Shown here: piece by piece, positions 36,591-44,640 of the stretch
How positions within the stretch are numbered: the first letter of the stretch is position 1
How the letters are laid out: the number at the start of each line of letters is the position of its first letter
Sequence record: NC_102531.1
Reading direction: 5' to 3' (one strand)
Source of the DNA: a phage
Length of the DNA: 64,000 nucleotides
Made by a program: the position numbers and the translations under genes
The notes under the pieces: model-generated
Told to the model about the DNA's origin: nothing
What the model saw: only the letters and a program-made list of their open reading frames with translations
Database searches by the model: none

Positions 36591-37486
36591 ACCCTCGCAT
36601 AAATTAAACTTGTATCAGTATACTTCTTTAATGGGTAAATATCCTGTCCATAGATGCAATCATTAAACACCTCATCTACCCAAAGGCTACACTTATATCC
36701 CATCATTTCTAAAACACCCATCTCTTCTTCGGTAAACTTATCACCGCTCTTGCAAGATGTCAATACCTCATTCTGAACTCTTGCTACCTCGAAGCGGTTA
36801 TTGGCAATATCGCTATTGGCGATCAAATACTCACCTAGAGGGTGTGCGGCATTAAAGATGCACAGTGGACGGCTGACGTAATAGTCTCCGGGTGTATAAA
36901 AATTGTTGAGGTCTTTCACTAGAACATTCTTATCAGTCACTTCATTTATAACATCATGCATATCGCACATCTTTATATGTTTGAGGATTCCATCCCCCAT
37001 CACAAAATAAAAACTTGCTGAGACACTTTCGGCATAGATCTTACTAGATCCGTTGTAGTTGTATTTTACTCGGATGCTAACGGGGGTTTTTCCTGTCGCG
37101 TTAGCCATCATCCAAAGAAATGGCAGCTCATACTTCTCCTCTGAGGAAACAAAAGGTGAGGTAGCCAGAGATCGAAAACCTCCAGAGAAGTTGAAAGTTA
37201 CAGAACCGCTCCGGCGGTATGATACCGCGTATTCTACTTTTATATCGACGTACCCATTGGAATAGGTGTGTCCTTCATTATCTAAATATGTCCACTTATC
37301 AGACCCAGATACCAATCTACGCTCAATAACCTTCATCACTACAGGAATTAGTGGGTTGGTACAAACCGCTTTTGAAGTAGCTTTATCATCTAAAGCCTCG
37401 TAAATTGCAGAAAGGATGTCCCCAGCTGAAAGATTGGTTGTTATGTCCTGTTTCCACCGCGTACTAAAACTGTTAAGATTTGCCAT
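36587..37486 (-). CDS. Hypothetical protein (299 aa)
   Basis: ORF; first gene of the leftward block. Confidence 0.5.
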   Translation of the reverse strand: MANLNSFSTRWKQDITTNLSAGDILSAIYEALDDKATSKAVCTNPLIPVVMKVIERRLVSGSDKWTYLDNEGHTYSNGYVDIKVEYAVSYRRSGSVTFNFSGGFRSLATSPFVSSEEKYELPFLWMMANATGKTPVSIRVKYNYNGSSKIYAESVSASFYFVMGDGILKHIKMCDMHDVINEVTDKNVLVKDLNNFYTPGDYYVSRPLCIFNAAHPLGEYLIANSDIANNRFEVARVQNEVLTSCKSGDKFTEEEMGVLEMMGYKCSLWVDEVFNDCIYGQDIYPLKKYTDTSLIYARV

Positions 37487-37526
37487 AAGTAAGTGCTCCT
37501 ATGTTAGTTTTCTTTCGAATGGGTGC

Positions 37527-37555
37527 ACTATATTGTGGAGTTAGAGTAAAGTCAA
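37527..37555 (-). promoter_or_regulatory. Sigma70-like promoter in the divergent region (-35 TTGACT, 17-nt spacer, -10 TATAGT)
   Basis: Hexamers and spacing read directly. Confidence 0.45.
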
Positions 37556-37565
37556 CACGTTTTTG

Positions 37566-38606
37566 ATGTTGACATCTGTTGAGACAATTGATACGATTTC
37601 TTCACTTACAGAGCACGAGAGACGACTCATGAATCTTGAAAAATATTATACACCAGAAGAGTTAGAGCGCTTGCTCAAAAAATATAGACGCAAACAGAAT
37701 AACGCACGGAAACGAGATATAGAGTTCGACCTGTCATGGGAAGAATACCTCCTATTTGGTAAAAAACTTTTAGGAGATGGAGTATGCGACTATACCCTTA
37801 TACCTTTTGACATGCACACAGATGAAAACGGGCTGGGAAATCCTTTCTACCCATCTCTGGAGCGGATAGATGATGAAGGTCCTTATGCGGTTGATAACTG
37901 TTGTGTGGTGGGATTGAGATGCAACTCTCTAAAGGACTGTCTGGTAGATAAAAAGACTGCAGTCTTGATTAAAGACGAAACTGATCGAAAAATTGTCCAG
38001 CAGATGATGCTCCACCTGAGCGAAGAGCGTATGGAGAAATTGAAAGGTGATTATACTTTTGAAGATTTCATCTTGCAATATGGAACGGAAGAGGATAAAC
38101 TAGCACTCTTTGACGAAGAAGAGGAGGAAGATATGCTACCGATGTCTAAAGTTACTTATCGTGCACCCAAGAAGCACATTTCCGACATTGTAAACGAGCC
38201 TATCACAGAAGAGATTGAAGAAATGACGCAACAGGTGCATGAAGAGGAAAAAGAGACTCAGGAGGTCGAAGAGGAGCTTACAGAAGAGGTTCCTGCACTA
38301 CCTGATGATGTTGAGATTGCCAAAGCTTACACTTTCTATTGTCAAACGTTCTACGATGTAGGTATGAAAGTTGATCTGTCGTTCAGCCAATTTAAGAGTT
38401 CGTATATTCGCAAATGCTGTGCTTTAACTGGTGAACGTCTTGAAGCTGGACTTAAACCTCTGTTGGTGACCGACTGGAATAAAGGTTTCACTAAAGGAAA
38501 CTTTATGGTAGTATCTCCAATTATGGAGAAAGCTATGACAGATCTTATGAAGACCACCCGCATGACAATGACCGAGTTGGCAGGTATTTTCAAACACGTT
38601 AAATAA
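37566..38606 (+). CDS. Hypothetical protein (346 aa) with internal MSKVTYRA copy at residue 193 and an acidic central linker
   Basis: First gene of the plus-strand island; contains the right copy of the 29-bp inverted repeat in frame. Confidence 0.5.
   Translation: MLTSVETIDTISSLTEHERRLMNLEKYYTPEELERLLKKYRRKQNNARKRDIEFDLSWEEYLLFGKKLLGDGVCDYTLIPFDMHTDENGLGNPFYPSLERIDDEGPYAVDNCCVVGLRCNSLKDCLVDKKTAVLIKDETDRKIVQQMMLHLSEERMEKLKGDYTFEDFILQYGTEEDKLALFDEEEEEDMLPMSKVTYRAPKKHISDIVNEPITEEIEEMTQQVHEEEKETQEVEEELTEEVPALPDDVEIAKAYTFYCQTFYDVGMKVDLSFSQFKSSYIRKCCALTGERLEAGLKPLLVTDWNKGFTKGNFMVVSPIMEKAMTDLMKTTRMTMTELAGIFKHVK
38137..38165. repeat. 29-bp perfect inverted repeat, right copy
   Basis: taccgatgtctaaagttacttatcgtgca, reverse-complementary to 36275..36303. 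Confidence 0.85.
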
Positions 38607-38639
38607 TAACAGGGGCCAATGGCCCCTTCTGGAGTTTTA

Positions 38640-40100
38640 ATGGATAGCAGAAGTTCAGAAATCATTGCCTCGCAGAAAGATGATGCCCTGAGAATGTTGC
38701 AGGCTGCACGTATGTATCTCCTTGAAAAGCTGCCGTTCTATGGCACACTACTGTCAGGGTTGCAGTTCGTAGAAAACCACACATGGTGCTCCACCATGGC
38801 AACCGACCATAAACGCATCTATTACAGTCCTGAGTTCATTATGGGATTGGCTGATGAACGCAAGGCTATTCTTAAGGCTTCTCTAACTGACGAGCAGTTT
38901 GAGATGGCTGAAGTTTTCTATTCCCCAAAATCTGTGAAAGAGGTGGCCTTCCTTCTGTCACATGAGGTGGGGCATATTATCTGTGATCACCTAGTCCGTG
39001 GTAAAAGCTTTGAGCCGGAACTGTTCAATATTGCTTGTGATCACGTTATCAACACAGGCCTTGTGGTTGACTTTAGCAAACCTCCTTGTGTTTTCTTCCC
39101 GAAGGGGAAAAGCACTACGTTCGTGAAAGGTAAGCCTTTTGGCTTCTTAGCCAGCTGCTACTGCGACATGAAGTTTCATGGATGGATTGCTGAGAACGTT
39201 TATGCAGTTCTTGATAAGCAAAGAGATCAGAATAACGGTAAAAGTAAGAACGGTAAAGGTGAGAACTCTCAAAGTGATAAGCGACAAACCGATGATCACA
39301 TGAGTGGGAACGGTGGCACCAATGATAATCTTGGAAAGGCTATGGGGTATGATCAGCCACAACCTGTAATCAGCCAATCTGATAAAGATCAGGCCATGCA
39401 GGACTCTGGTGATATGCTGGAGGCAGCAATGCAAGCGTCCGGAGGCCGTTGCCCTGAGGCGGTGCGTGAGTTTGTCAAGAACAGAGGTAAACCTGTAATC
39501 AACTATATAGACATCATTAAGCAACGCATGTTGTCTAAAAGAAAGGCCGAACTGACCTACAGAAAACCTGGTCGCCGATCTGGGTCTTTGACCAGCACAA
39601 TGCGAAAAGTTGGGGCTATAAACAAGAACCAGCACGTTATTGTTCCTGGTCGTAATCCGGAAAACACTATAGATATTGTGGTGGCTTTAGACGTTTCTGG
39701 CTCGATCTCTCAAAGAACTTTAAAGAAAATGTTCAATGAAATCACCGGATTGTGCAATCTGTATAAAGAGTTTAAGGTTACAATGTTCTGTTGGTCAACT
39801 GAGGTTGGAGAGGTTAAAGTATACACTCGCGGCAACATAGACGAGATGATCAACTATGAGGTCCACTCAACATGGGGCACAACAGCTGCTTGCGTGTTCG
39901 AGTATCTGGATGCCAACATACCTAATGCAAAAGATGTCATCGTCCTGACCGACCTATACTTTGAGCATAACTTTGAACAAAAGGTTGTTGACAACAAGTG
40001 GAAAAAGTACGATACTCTATGGGTCCTCACTGAGGGGTATAATAAAAATTATATCCCGAGCTTTGGGAAAACTGTGGAATTAATCGAGTACGCTAAGTAA
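38640..40100 (+). CDS. vWA-domain protein with N-terminal HExxH metallopeptidase-like motif (CobT-like partner of the MoxR ATPase)
   Basis: LSHEVGHIICDH (HExxH) and MIDAS-like VVALDVSGS; start placed at the ATG after GGAG rather than the ATG inside hairpin 38611..38627. Confidence 0.65.
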   Translation: MDSRSSEIIASQKDDALRMLQAARMYLLEKLPFYGTLLSGLQFVENHTWCSTMATDHKRIYYSPEFIMGLADERKAILKASLTDEQFEMAEVFYSPKSVKEVAFLLSHEVGHIICDHLVRGKSFEPELFNIACDHVINTGLVVDFSKPPCVFFPKGKSTTFVKGKPFGFLASCYCDMKFHGWIAENVYAVLDKQRDQNNGKSKNGKGENSQSDKRQTDDHMSGNGGTNDNLGKAMGYDQPQPVISQSDKDQAMQDSGDMLEAAMQASGGRCPEAVREFVKNRGKPVINYIDIIKQRMLSKRKAELTYRKPGRRSGSLTSTMRKVGAINKNQHVIVPGRNPENTIDIVVALDVSGSISQRTLKKMFNEITGLCNLYKEFKVTMFCWSTEVGEVKVYTRGNIDEMINYEVHSTWGTTAACVFEYLDANIPNAKDVIVLTDLYFEHNFEQKVVDNKWKKYDTLWVLTEGYNKNYIPSFGKTVELIEYAK

Positions 40101-40115
40101 GAGAGGAGGTTATTT

Positions 40116-40379
40116 ATGGCAACAGAGTTAAAATTTGCATCAAACCGTAAAACTAAGAAGTATCTGTCCTCAGTAGCTCCAGGCACTGTGGTGATGTTTG
40201 TTGATGAACTTGGGGATGTGAATACAGCACTTGTTGTAAAATCACATCCTGCAAACATATATGTTGGGGTATTTGACCTGTTCAGAAAGGTGTTTGTAGA
40301 ACTACCTCACAGTTTGGTTGTTACAGAAATGGATGCCTGCATAGAAATTCTTGGCGAAGTTATGGTGGAGGAACAATAA
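40116..40379 (+). CDS. Small paralogous protein 1 of 4 (87 aa)
   Basis: Shares the layout KF-x-S, G-x-VV, Cys or His core, V-TE(L/M)D, I-ILGE with the next three genes. Confidence 0.5.
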   Translation: MATELKFASNRKTKKYLSSVAPGTVVMFVDELGDVNTALVVKSHPANIYVGVFDLFRKVFVELPHSLVVTEMDACIEILGEVMVEEQ

Positions 40380-40642
40380 TGGCTACCAGCATTGTATTCA
40401 ATTCTAAGGTGAAGAACAAAAAGCGTGCAGACAGCTTTCCGTGTGGGACCGTGGTAAGTTGCGACGGAGACGGCATTCAAAACATAGTTATGATTGTCAA
40501 AACAGGAGAACATTGTGTGTGGGGGTTCGATTTAGAAAATAATGAGTTGTACGATCTGCCACCAAACATGAAAGTTACAGAGCTTGACACCAAAATTACC
40601 ATCCTTGGAGAGACAAGCTATTCAAAAGAAGGAGGAGAATAA
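40379..40642 (+). CDS. Small paralogous protein 2 of 4 (87 aa)
   Basis: Tandem paralog, TAATG-type junction. Confidence 0.5.
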   Translation: MATSIVFNSKVKNKKRADSFPCGTVVSCDGDGIQNIVMIVKTGEHCVWGFDLENNELYDLPPNMKVTELDTKITILGETSYSKEGGE

Positions 40643-40905
40643 TGACCACAAAAATCACTATCGCAGAACCGAAAGCTAACACTCAACCTATCGAAAAGTT
40701 TAAGTGCGGTGAGGTGGTAACATTCACACCAGATAATGAAGATGCTAAGATTTTCGCAATGGTCACAGCTGAGTGGATGTGTGACAACACCACACAGGTT
40801 CTGCGTTTTGACACCTATCTTACCGATGAAATCAGGAACGACAAGATTGTGACTGGTGTGGATACTGAGATTGTTTTCTACAAGAGCTTTTTAGAGGGTT
40901 TCTGA
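40642..40905 (+). CDS. Small paralogous protein 3 of 4 (87 aa)
   Basis: Tandem paralog. Confidence 0.5.
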   Translation: MTTKITIAEPKANTQPIEKFKCGEVVTFTPDNEDAKIFAMVTAEWMCDNTTQVLRFDTYLTDEIRNDKIVTGVDTEIVFYKSFLEGF

Positions 40906-40906
40906 T

Positions 40907-41140
40907 ATGGCAAAAATTCGTAAATTATCTAGTAATCAGGTTGTGAAAGACTTTGAATCTGGAGAGATTCTTTATGTTCGTGATGCAGATGACGAAGGTG
41001 AAGATCTCGTTATGTTGGTGGGGCACGCTGAGGACGGATGCATCCAAGCTGTTTTTCTTGAAACAGCTATGGTGCACTGGATAGAGCTGGACCTGAAAGC
41101 ACGAAAACCTAAAGCAGAAATCCTGATTTACGAAGATTAA
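40907..41140 (+). CDS. Small paralogous protein 4 of 4 (77 aa, most diverged)
   Basis: Similar length and motif order. Confidence 0.45.
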   Translation: MAKIRKLSSNQVVKDFESGEILYVRDADDEGEDLVMLVGHAEDGCIQAVFLETAMVHWIELDLKARKPKAEILIYED

Positions 41141-41155
41141 TAAAAGGAGAGAGCC

Positions 41156-41605
41156 GTGTTGAGCAAACGTGAATGCGACAGCATTAGCCTGAATTCTTAT
41201 AAGAAACAATGGTTTGGGGTGGAAGTTTGCCGACTGCGGCTAGGCTCCTACCTGAACTTCGTTTATTATGAGAGCGACAGTCGTATCGTTTCTTATGAAG
41301 TGTTCTACACTAAGAACACATTCGAACTGCGCCGTAAAGTAGAGGGAGGGAGAACTACCGCCCAGAATAATTGGGAAACTATTCTGCCTCCAGATGTTAT
41401 AGGAAGCCCCCTGAATGTATCTGAAGATGAAAATCTTATGGTTCATGCTATGATGGGACTTGACAGCTTAGAGCTGGCGATCTATGATATGTCCATCGAA
41501 GCAGTTAAGCTGGACTACATCGAAAACACTTTAGAGGAAGGTATCAAGAAGTTTCTCAGTGAGAAATTAAAAGACCACTTTCATAAGGAGCTATATCTGT
41601 TATGA
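41156..41605 (+). CDS. Hypothetical protein (149 aa), GTG start
   Basis: AGGAGA Shine-Dalgarno 6 nt upstream of the GTG. Confidence 0.45.
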   Translation: MLSKRECDSISLNSYKKQWFGVEVCRLRLGSYLNFVYYESDSRIVSYEVFYTKNTFELRRKVEGGRTTAQNNWETILPPDVIGSPLNVSEDENLMVHAMMGLDSLELAIYDMSIEAVKLDYIENTLEEGIKKFLSEKLKDHFHKELYLL

Positions 41606-41847
41606 AGACCCGTAAAGAACGTAACAAAATTTTACCTGGAGCTCTCGAACACCTGATGAAGTGCAGATCTATTTGGCACTCTGCCAAGGAAGGGCAGAAG
41701 GTGGTTGTGGTTAGTGACAATGCCAACCCGTTTGGAGATTATACCACCATGATGGCCCCATATGTCCGTGATGGCGTTGTAGAAGTGGTCCCTTACAACG
41801 GTTTGCATGAACGGCACTTTGAAAGCACTTTGCTAGTGGAGCTATAG
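41602..41847 (+). CDS. Hypothetical protein (81 aa)
   Basis: ORF, ATGA overlap. Confidence 0.45.
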   Translation: MKTRKERNKILPGALEHLMKCRSIWHSAKEGQKVVVVSDNANPFGDYTTMMAPYVRDGVVEVVPYNGLHERHFESTLLVEL

Positions 41848-41849
41848 TC

Positions 41850-42416
41850 ATGGCGGTCAATGTGGCTTACAACACAGGAAAGCTTGACAGAGACATTGGG
41901 TGTCTTGTCCTTTCAGATACAGAAGAGTATTGGGGTTATGGGTTGCTGTCAGACCCACACCCGAGCAACCTTGTATCAACAGTGCTATACCGCTACGACC
42001 CTGTGCCAACGGTACACGACAAAGACATTCACGACCTTCGGATCAAGTGTCTGGAAGATCTGCTGAACAATGGTTGCAACGATCTGCAGGTAGCCAAGGA
42101 GAAGCTTACAAACATTCACAAAGAGGAAGTGATGAGTACCCTCAGTAAAAGATCAGTGCACAAAAAGATGATGCTGAACTTTGCAATGGGTATCTACATG
42201 GATGGGTATAAGGGAGGGGATCCGATCCTCAAGCTTCGCTGCCCGACACTGTGGGAAAGAGTGGTTGACAGTAAGGACGGTACTGCCCTGCTCGAACTCC
42301 ACACTGCAGGTTGGATTTGGCGGTATGTAGACGGATACCCTCTGTGGGCATGTGGACCTGGGGAATTTGTTGACAGACCTAGCGCGGTGGTGGACTTACT
42401 ATTGCAGTTTGAATAA
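41850..42416 (+). CDS. Hypothetical protein (188 aa)
   Basis: ORF. Confidence 0.5.
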   Translation: MAVNVAYNTGKLDRDIGCLVLSDTEEYWGYGLLSDPHPSNLVSTVLYRYDPVPTVHDKDIHDLRIKCLEDLLNNGCNDLQVAKEKLTNIHKEEVMSTLSKRSVHKKMMLNFAMGIYMDGYKGGDPILKLRCPTLWERVVDSKDGTALLELHTAGWIWRYVDGYPLWACGPGEFVDRPSAVVDLLLQFE

Positions 42417-42473
42417 AAAGGTGAGGTATAAGGTATTCATACACCTACCAACAATACAACAGGAGAGACTAAG

Positions 42474-42749
42474 ATGACGAAAGAAGAGGCCGACGTATTA
42501 GATTTTGCACTAGAGGCTACGCAGGAGGCTTTGGTGTTAGCTTGGAAAATGAACCAGCGTGCTGCAGAATGCAACCGCCGCATCAATGAGATCTTGGGCA
42601 TGTCTATGTATGATTTCACCATGCATGCCGGAGAGATTCCTGAATTAACTGCCGAGATGAATGATCTTGACGATAAAATTAATATCATTCTGAAGACAGC
42701 AGAAACAACTCACCAAACCGCCCGTAAATTTATCAACGAGAAGGTGTGA
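42474..42749 (+). CDS. Hypothetical protein (91 aa)
   Basis: ORF. Confidence 0.45.
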   Translation: MTKEEADVLDFALEATQEALVLAWKMNQRAAECNRRINEILGMSMYDFTMHAGEIPELTAEMNDLDDKINIILKTAETTHQTARKFINEKV

Positions 42750-43216
42750 ATATGGACTACAGCTACTGCGGGGAAGAAGTCCCTTTTAATTACAGCAATC
42801 TTACAACGAGCAATCCATATGAGACTCGCCACGGCACGCACATCATTGCCATCGACTTTGATGGAACGTTTAATGCGAGCCCTTTCATCTTCTCCCGCCT
42901 GATCAGGGATCTGAAGAAGGAGGGGTGGACAGTCTACCTTGTGACTTTCCGATTCATTACTCAAGACAATGTAGACATTGAGTATTGGCGCAAGGAGCTC
43001 GATGTTGGTGTGTTCTACACAGGTGGTGTTCAGAAGGCAGCCTACCTGGCGCAGTTTGATATCTACCCAGATATCTGGATTGATGATTCTCCGGCATGTA
43101 TTCCGGCTAAGAATCAGTTAGAGTTTGCAATGAAGGAGATTGAGTATAAGTCTGAGGCTAAGCGGAACGGATGGCCCTTTATTATTGAAGATTACCCAGA
43201 TCCTGAACCGGAGTAA
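42746..43216 (+). CDS. HAD-superfamily phosphatase-like protein (156 aa)
   Basis: Motif I IAIDFDGTF (DxDGT) and C-terminal IWIDDSP (DD). Confidence 0.45.
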   Translation: MNMDYSYCGEEVPFNYSNLTTSNPYETRHGTHIIAIDFDGTFNASPFIFSRLIRDLKKEGWTVYLVTFRFITQDNVDIEYWRKELDVGVFYTGGVQKAAYLAQFDIYPDIWIDDSPACIPAKNQLEFAMKEIEYKSEAKRNGWPFIIEDYPDPEPE

Positions 43217-43221
43217 GAGCC

Positions 43222-43392
43222 ATGAGGCGAAGATATCATTACCTGATGTGGAAGTTATATCAAAATGCTGCCAAAGCCTATCATACCATGTTTGGCAATG
43301 ACGATCACTACATCATGTTACATCTCACCGCTATTGAGCATCACAATGAGTGGATTCATGCAATCGTGGCAGGTGATAAAGACTTTAAGTAA
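43222..43392 (+). CDS. Small His-rich protein (56 aa)
   Basis: Hand-translated MRRRYHYLMW...GDKDFK; below the track cutoff. Confidence 0.3.
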   Translation: MRRRYHYLMWKLYQNAAKAYHTMFGNDDHYIMLHLTAIEHHNEWIHAIVAGDKDFK

Positions 43393-43442
43393 AGTATACC
43401 TCAAAAACGTATAGTGCGGCTTTCTAGACGGAGACTGATTAA

Positions 43443-43823
43443 ATGTGCAAGTGTAAATCCTATAATTGGAAAGTGAAAGGTGCCAAGCATCCAAATGTTA
43501 TCGTTGATGTGCCTAAAAATCTTCGTGACGGCAAAAAACGTGTGTGCCTTGATAAGTGTATGGCTAAGCCTATCATGAGTTTGTGGGCAGCAGGTTTGAA
43601 AACGCTAAACTGCTGCTGTGGTCATAACAAAGATATTCCAAGCATCATTATCCCAGAAGATGCAGATCCTAAAGCTTATGCCAAAATACTGACCCGCTAT
43701 CCCAGCACCTTCCTGATCGGAAAATGGTGTCACGATGAACTCCAATGGTGGATAGCCTATGGTAGTATAGGCACTACTTTTGGCTTCCCAGCTTTGTCAG
43801 AGCGCTATGTCAAAGTGTCATAA
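43443..43823 (+). CDS. Cys-rich hypothetical protein (126 aa)
   Basis: ORF with multiple Cys clusters. Confidence 0.45.
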   Translation: MCKCKSYNWKVKGAKHPNVIVDVPKNLRDGKKRVCLDKCMAKPIMSLWAAGLKTLNCCCGHNKDIPSIIIPEDADPKAYAKILTRYPSTFLIGKWCHDELQWWIAYGSIGTTFGFPALSERYVKVS

Positions 43824-43927
43824 TAGAATTTAAGGCCTCAAACGAGGCCTGTGCCTTCATAAATTTCCCCACCCTGTGCGATTGCCTTCCTGAATAAAAT
43901 ACCCTCTCAGATCTCTTAAAATTAAGC

Positions 43928-43956
43928 TTGACACCACCACCAGATCTATATATAAT
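43928..43956 (+). promoter_or_regulatory. Perfect-consensus sigma70 promoter (TTGACA, 17-nt spacer, TATAAT) inside the plus-strand island
   Basis: Both hexamers exact with 17-bp spacing; GAGGAG Shine-Dalgarno and ATG at 43985 follow. Confidence 0.65.
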
Positions 43957-43984
43957 TCTCACCAACCAAACAGAGGAGATCGTC

Positions 43985-44389
43985 ATGGATAATCTTGCAG
44001 ATGTAAATGTCGAAATTGTTAAACTAAAGTTCTTGGGCTTTCGAGACCATTCTTTAACAGCCATACTAATGGATACTCACTTCACACCAGGTAAAGAGTA
44101 CACTGCCTTCCGTTATATTTGCGGAGATCACGAATCAGCTTACAGTGTGAATACAAACCTCGGCGAGGGATATTTCATCAGAGATATCACAGATCACTTG
44201 TGGGGCATGTGGGAGTTGGTGGAGGAAGAGAATAAATCCCTTCCTAAAGAGATTTGGGTGCACACCTTCCACACAGGTAAGTTTGGAGGTACGGAACATA
44301 AGTCTATCCACTATGATGAAGAAAGTGCCATCAAACAACAAGCTGTGCTTGGTGGATCTATAGAAAAATTTGTTAAATGCGAGGACTGA
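43985..44389 (+). CDS. Hypothetical protein (134 aa; start moved to the ATG after GAGGAG)
   Basis: The track start at 43928 is the TTG of the promoter -35 hexamer. Confidence 0.5.
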   Translation: MDNLADVNVEIVKLKFLGFRDHSLTAILMDTHFTPGKEYTAFRYICGDHESAYSVNTNLGEGYFIRDITDHLWGMWELVEEENKSLPKEIWVHTFHTGKFGGTEHKSIHYDEESAIKQQAVLGGSIEKFVKCED

Positions 44390-44392
44390 GAA

Positions 44393-44593
44393 ATGGCTGA
44401 TTTTTGTAAAGATTGCTCTGAAGAGTTGTTTGGCTTTGACTGCAAAGATTTGGAAGGTCTGATCACTGAGGATCAGTGGAAGGAAGGCTATGCAGCACCT
44501 GTTATTTGTGAAGGTTGTGGCTATACCTATGTTGACCATAAAGGTAAGCGCGTCAAGCCGTCTGAAGATGGGGCATGTTGGGAGTATTACTAA
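44393..44593 (+). CDS. Zinc-ribbon-like small protein (66 aa)
   Basis: CxxC ... CxxC pairs (CKDC, CEGC). Confidence 0.45.
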   Translation: MADFCKDCSEELFGFDCKDLEGLITEDQWKEGYAAPVICEGCGYTYVDHKGKRVKPSEDGACWEYY

Positions 44594-44597
44594 CTAT

Positions 44598-44630
44598 AAA
44601 AAGAAAGGGGCCGTTTGGCCCCTTTTTATT
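44598..44630. terminator. Bidirectional intrinsic terminator between convergent blocks
   Basis: Stem GGGGCC gttt GGCCCC with T-runs on both strands. Confidence 0.65.
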
Positions 44631-44640
44631 TACCCCCTTG

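Noticed and set aside
37566-38136. Homing-endonuclease-like identity for the N-terminal half of the 346-aa protein
   Set aside because: The local motif (KRDIEFDLSWEEY) did not match any HNH, GIY-YIG or LAGLIDADG signature I could reconstruct; left as hypothetical.
38619-38639. Upstream ATG at 38619 as the start of the vWA gene
   Set aside because: That ATG lies inside the stem of an intergenic hairpin (38611..38627) with no Shine-Dalgarno, whereas the in-frame ATG at 38640 follows GGAG at correct spacing.
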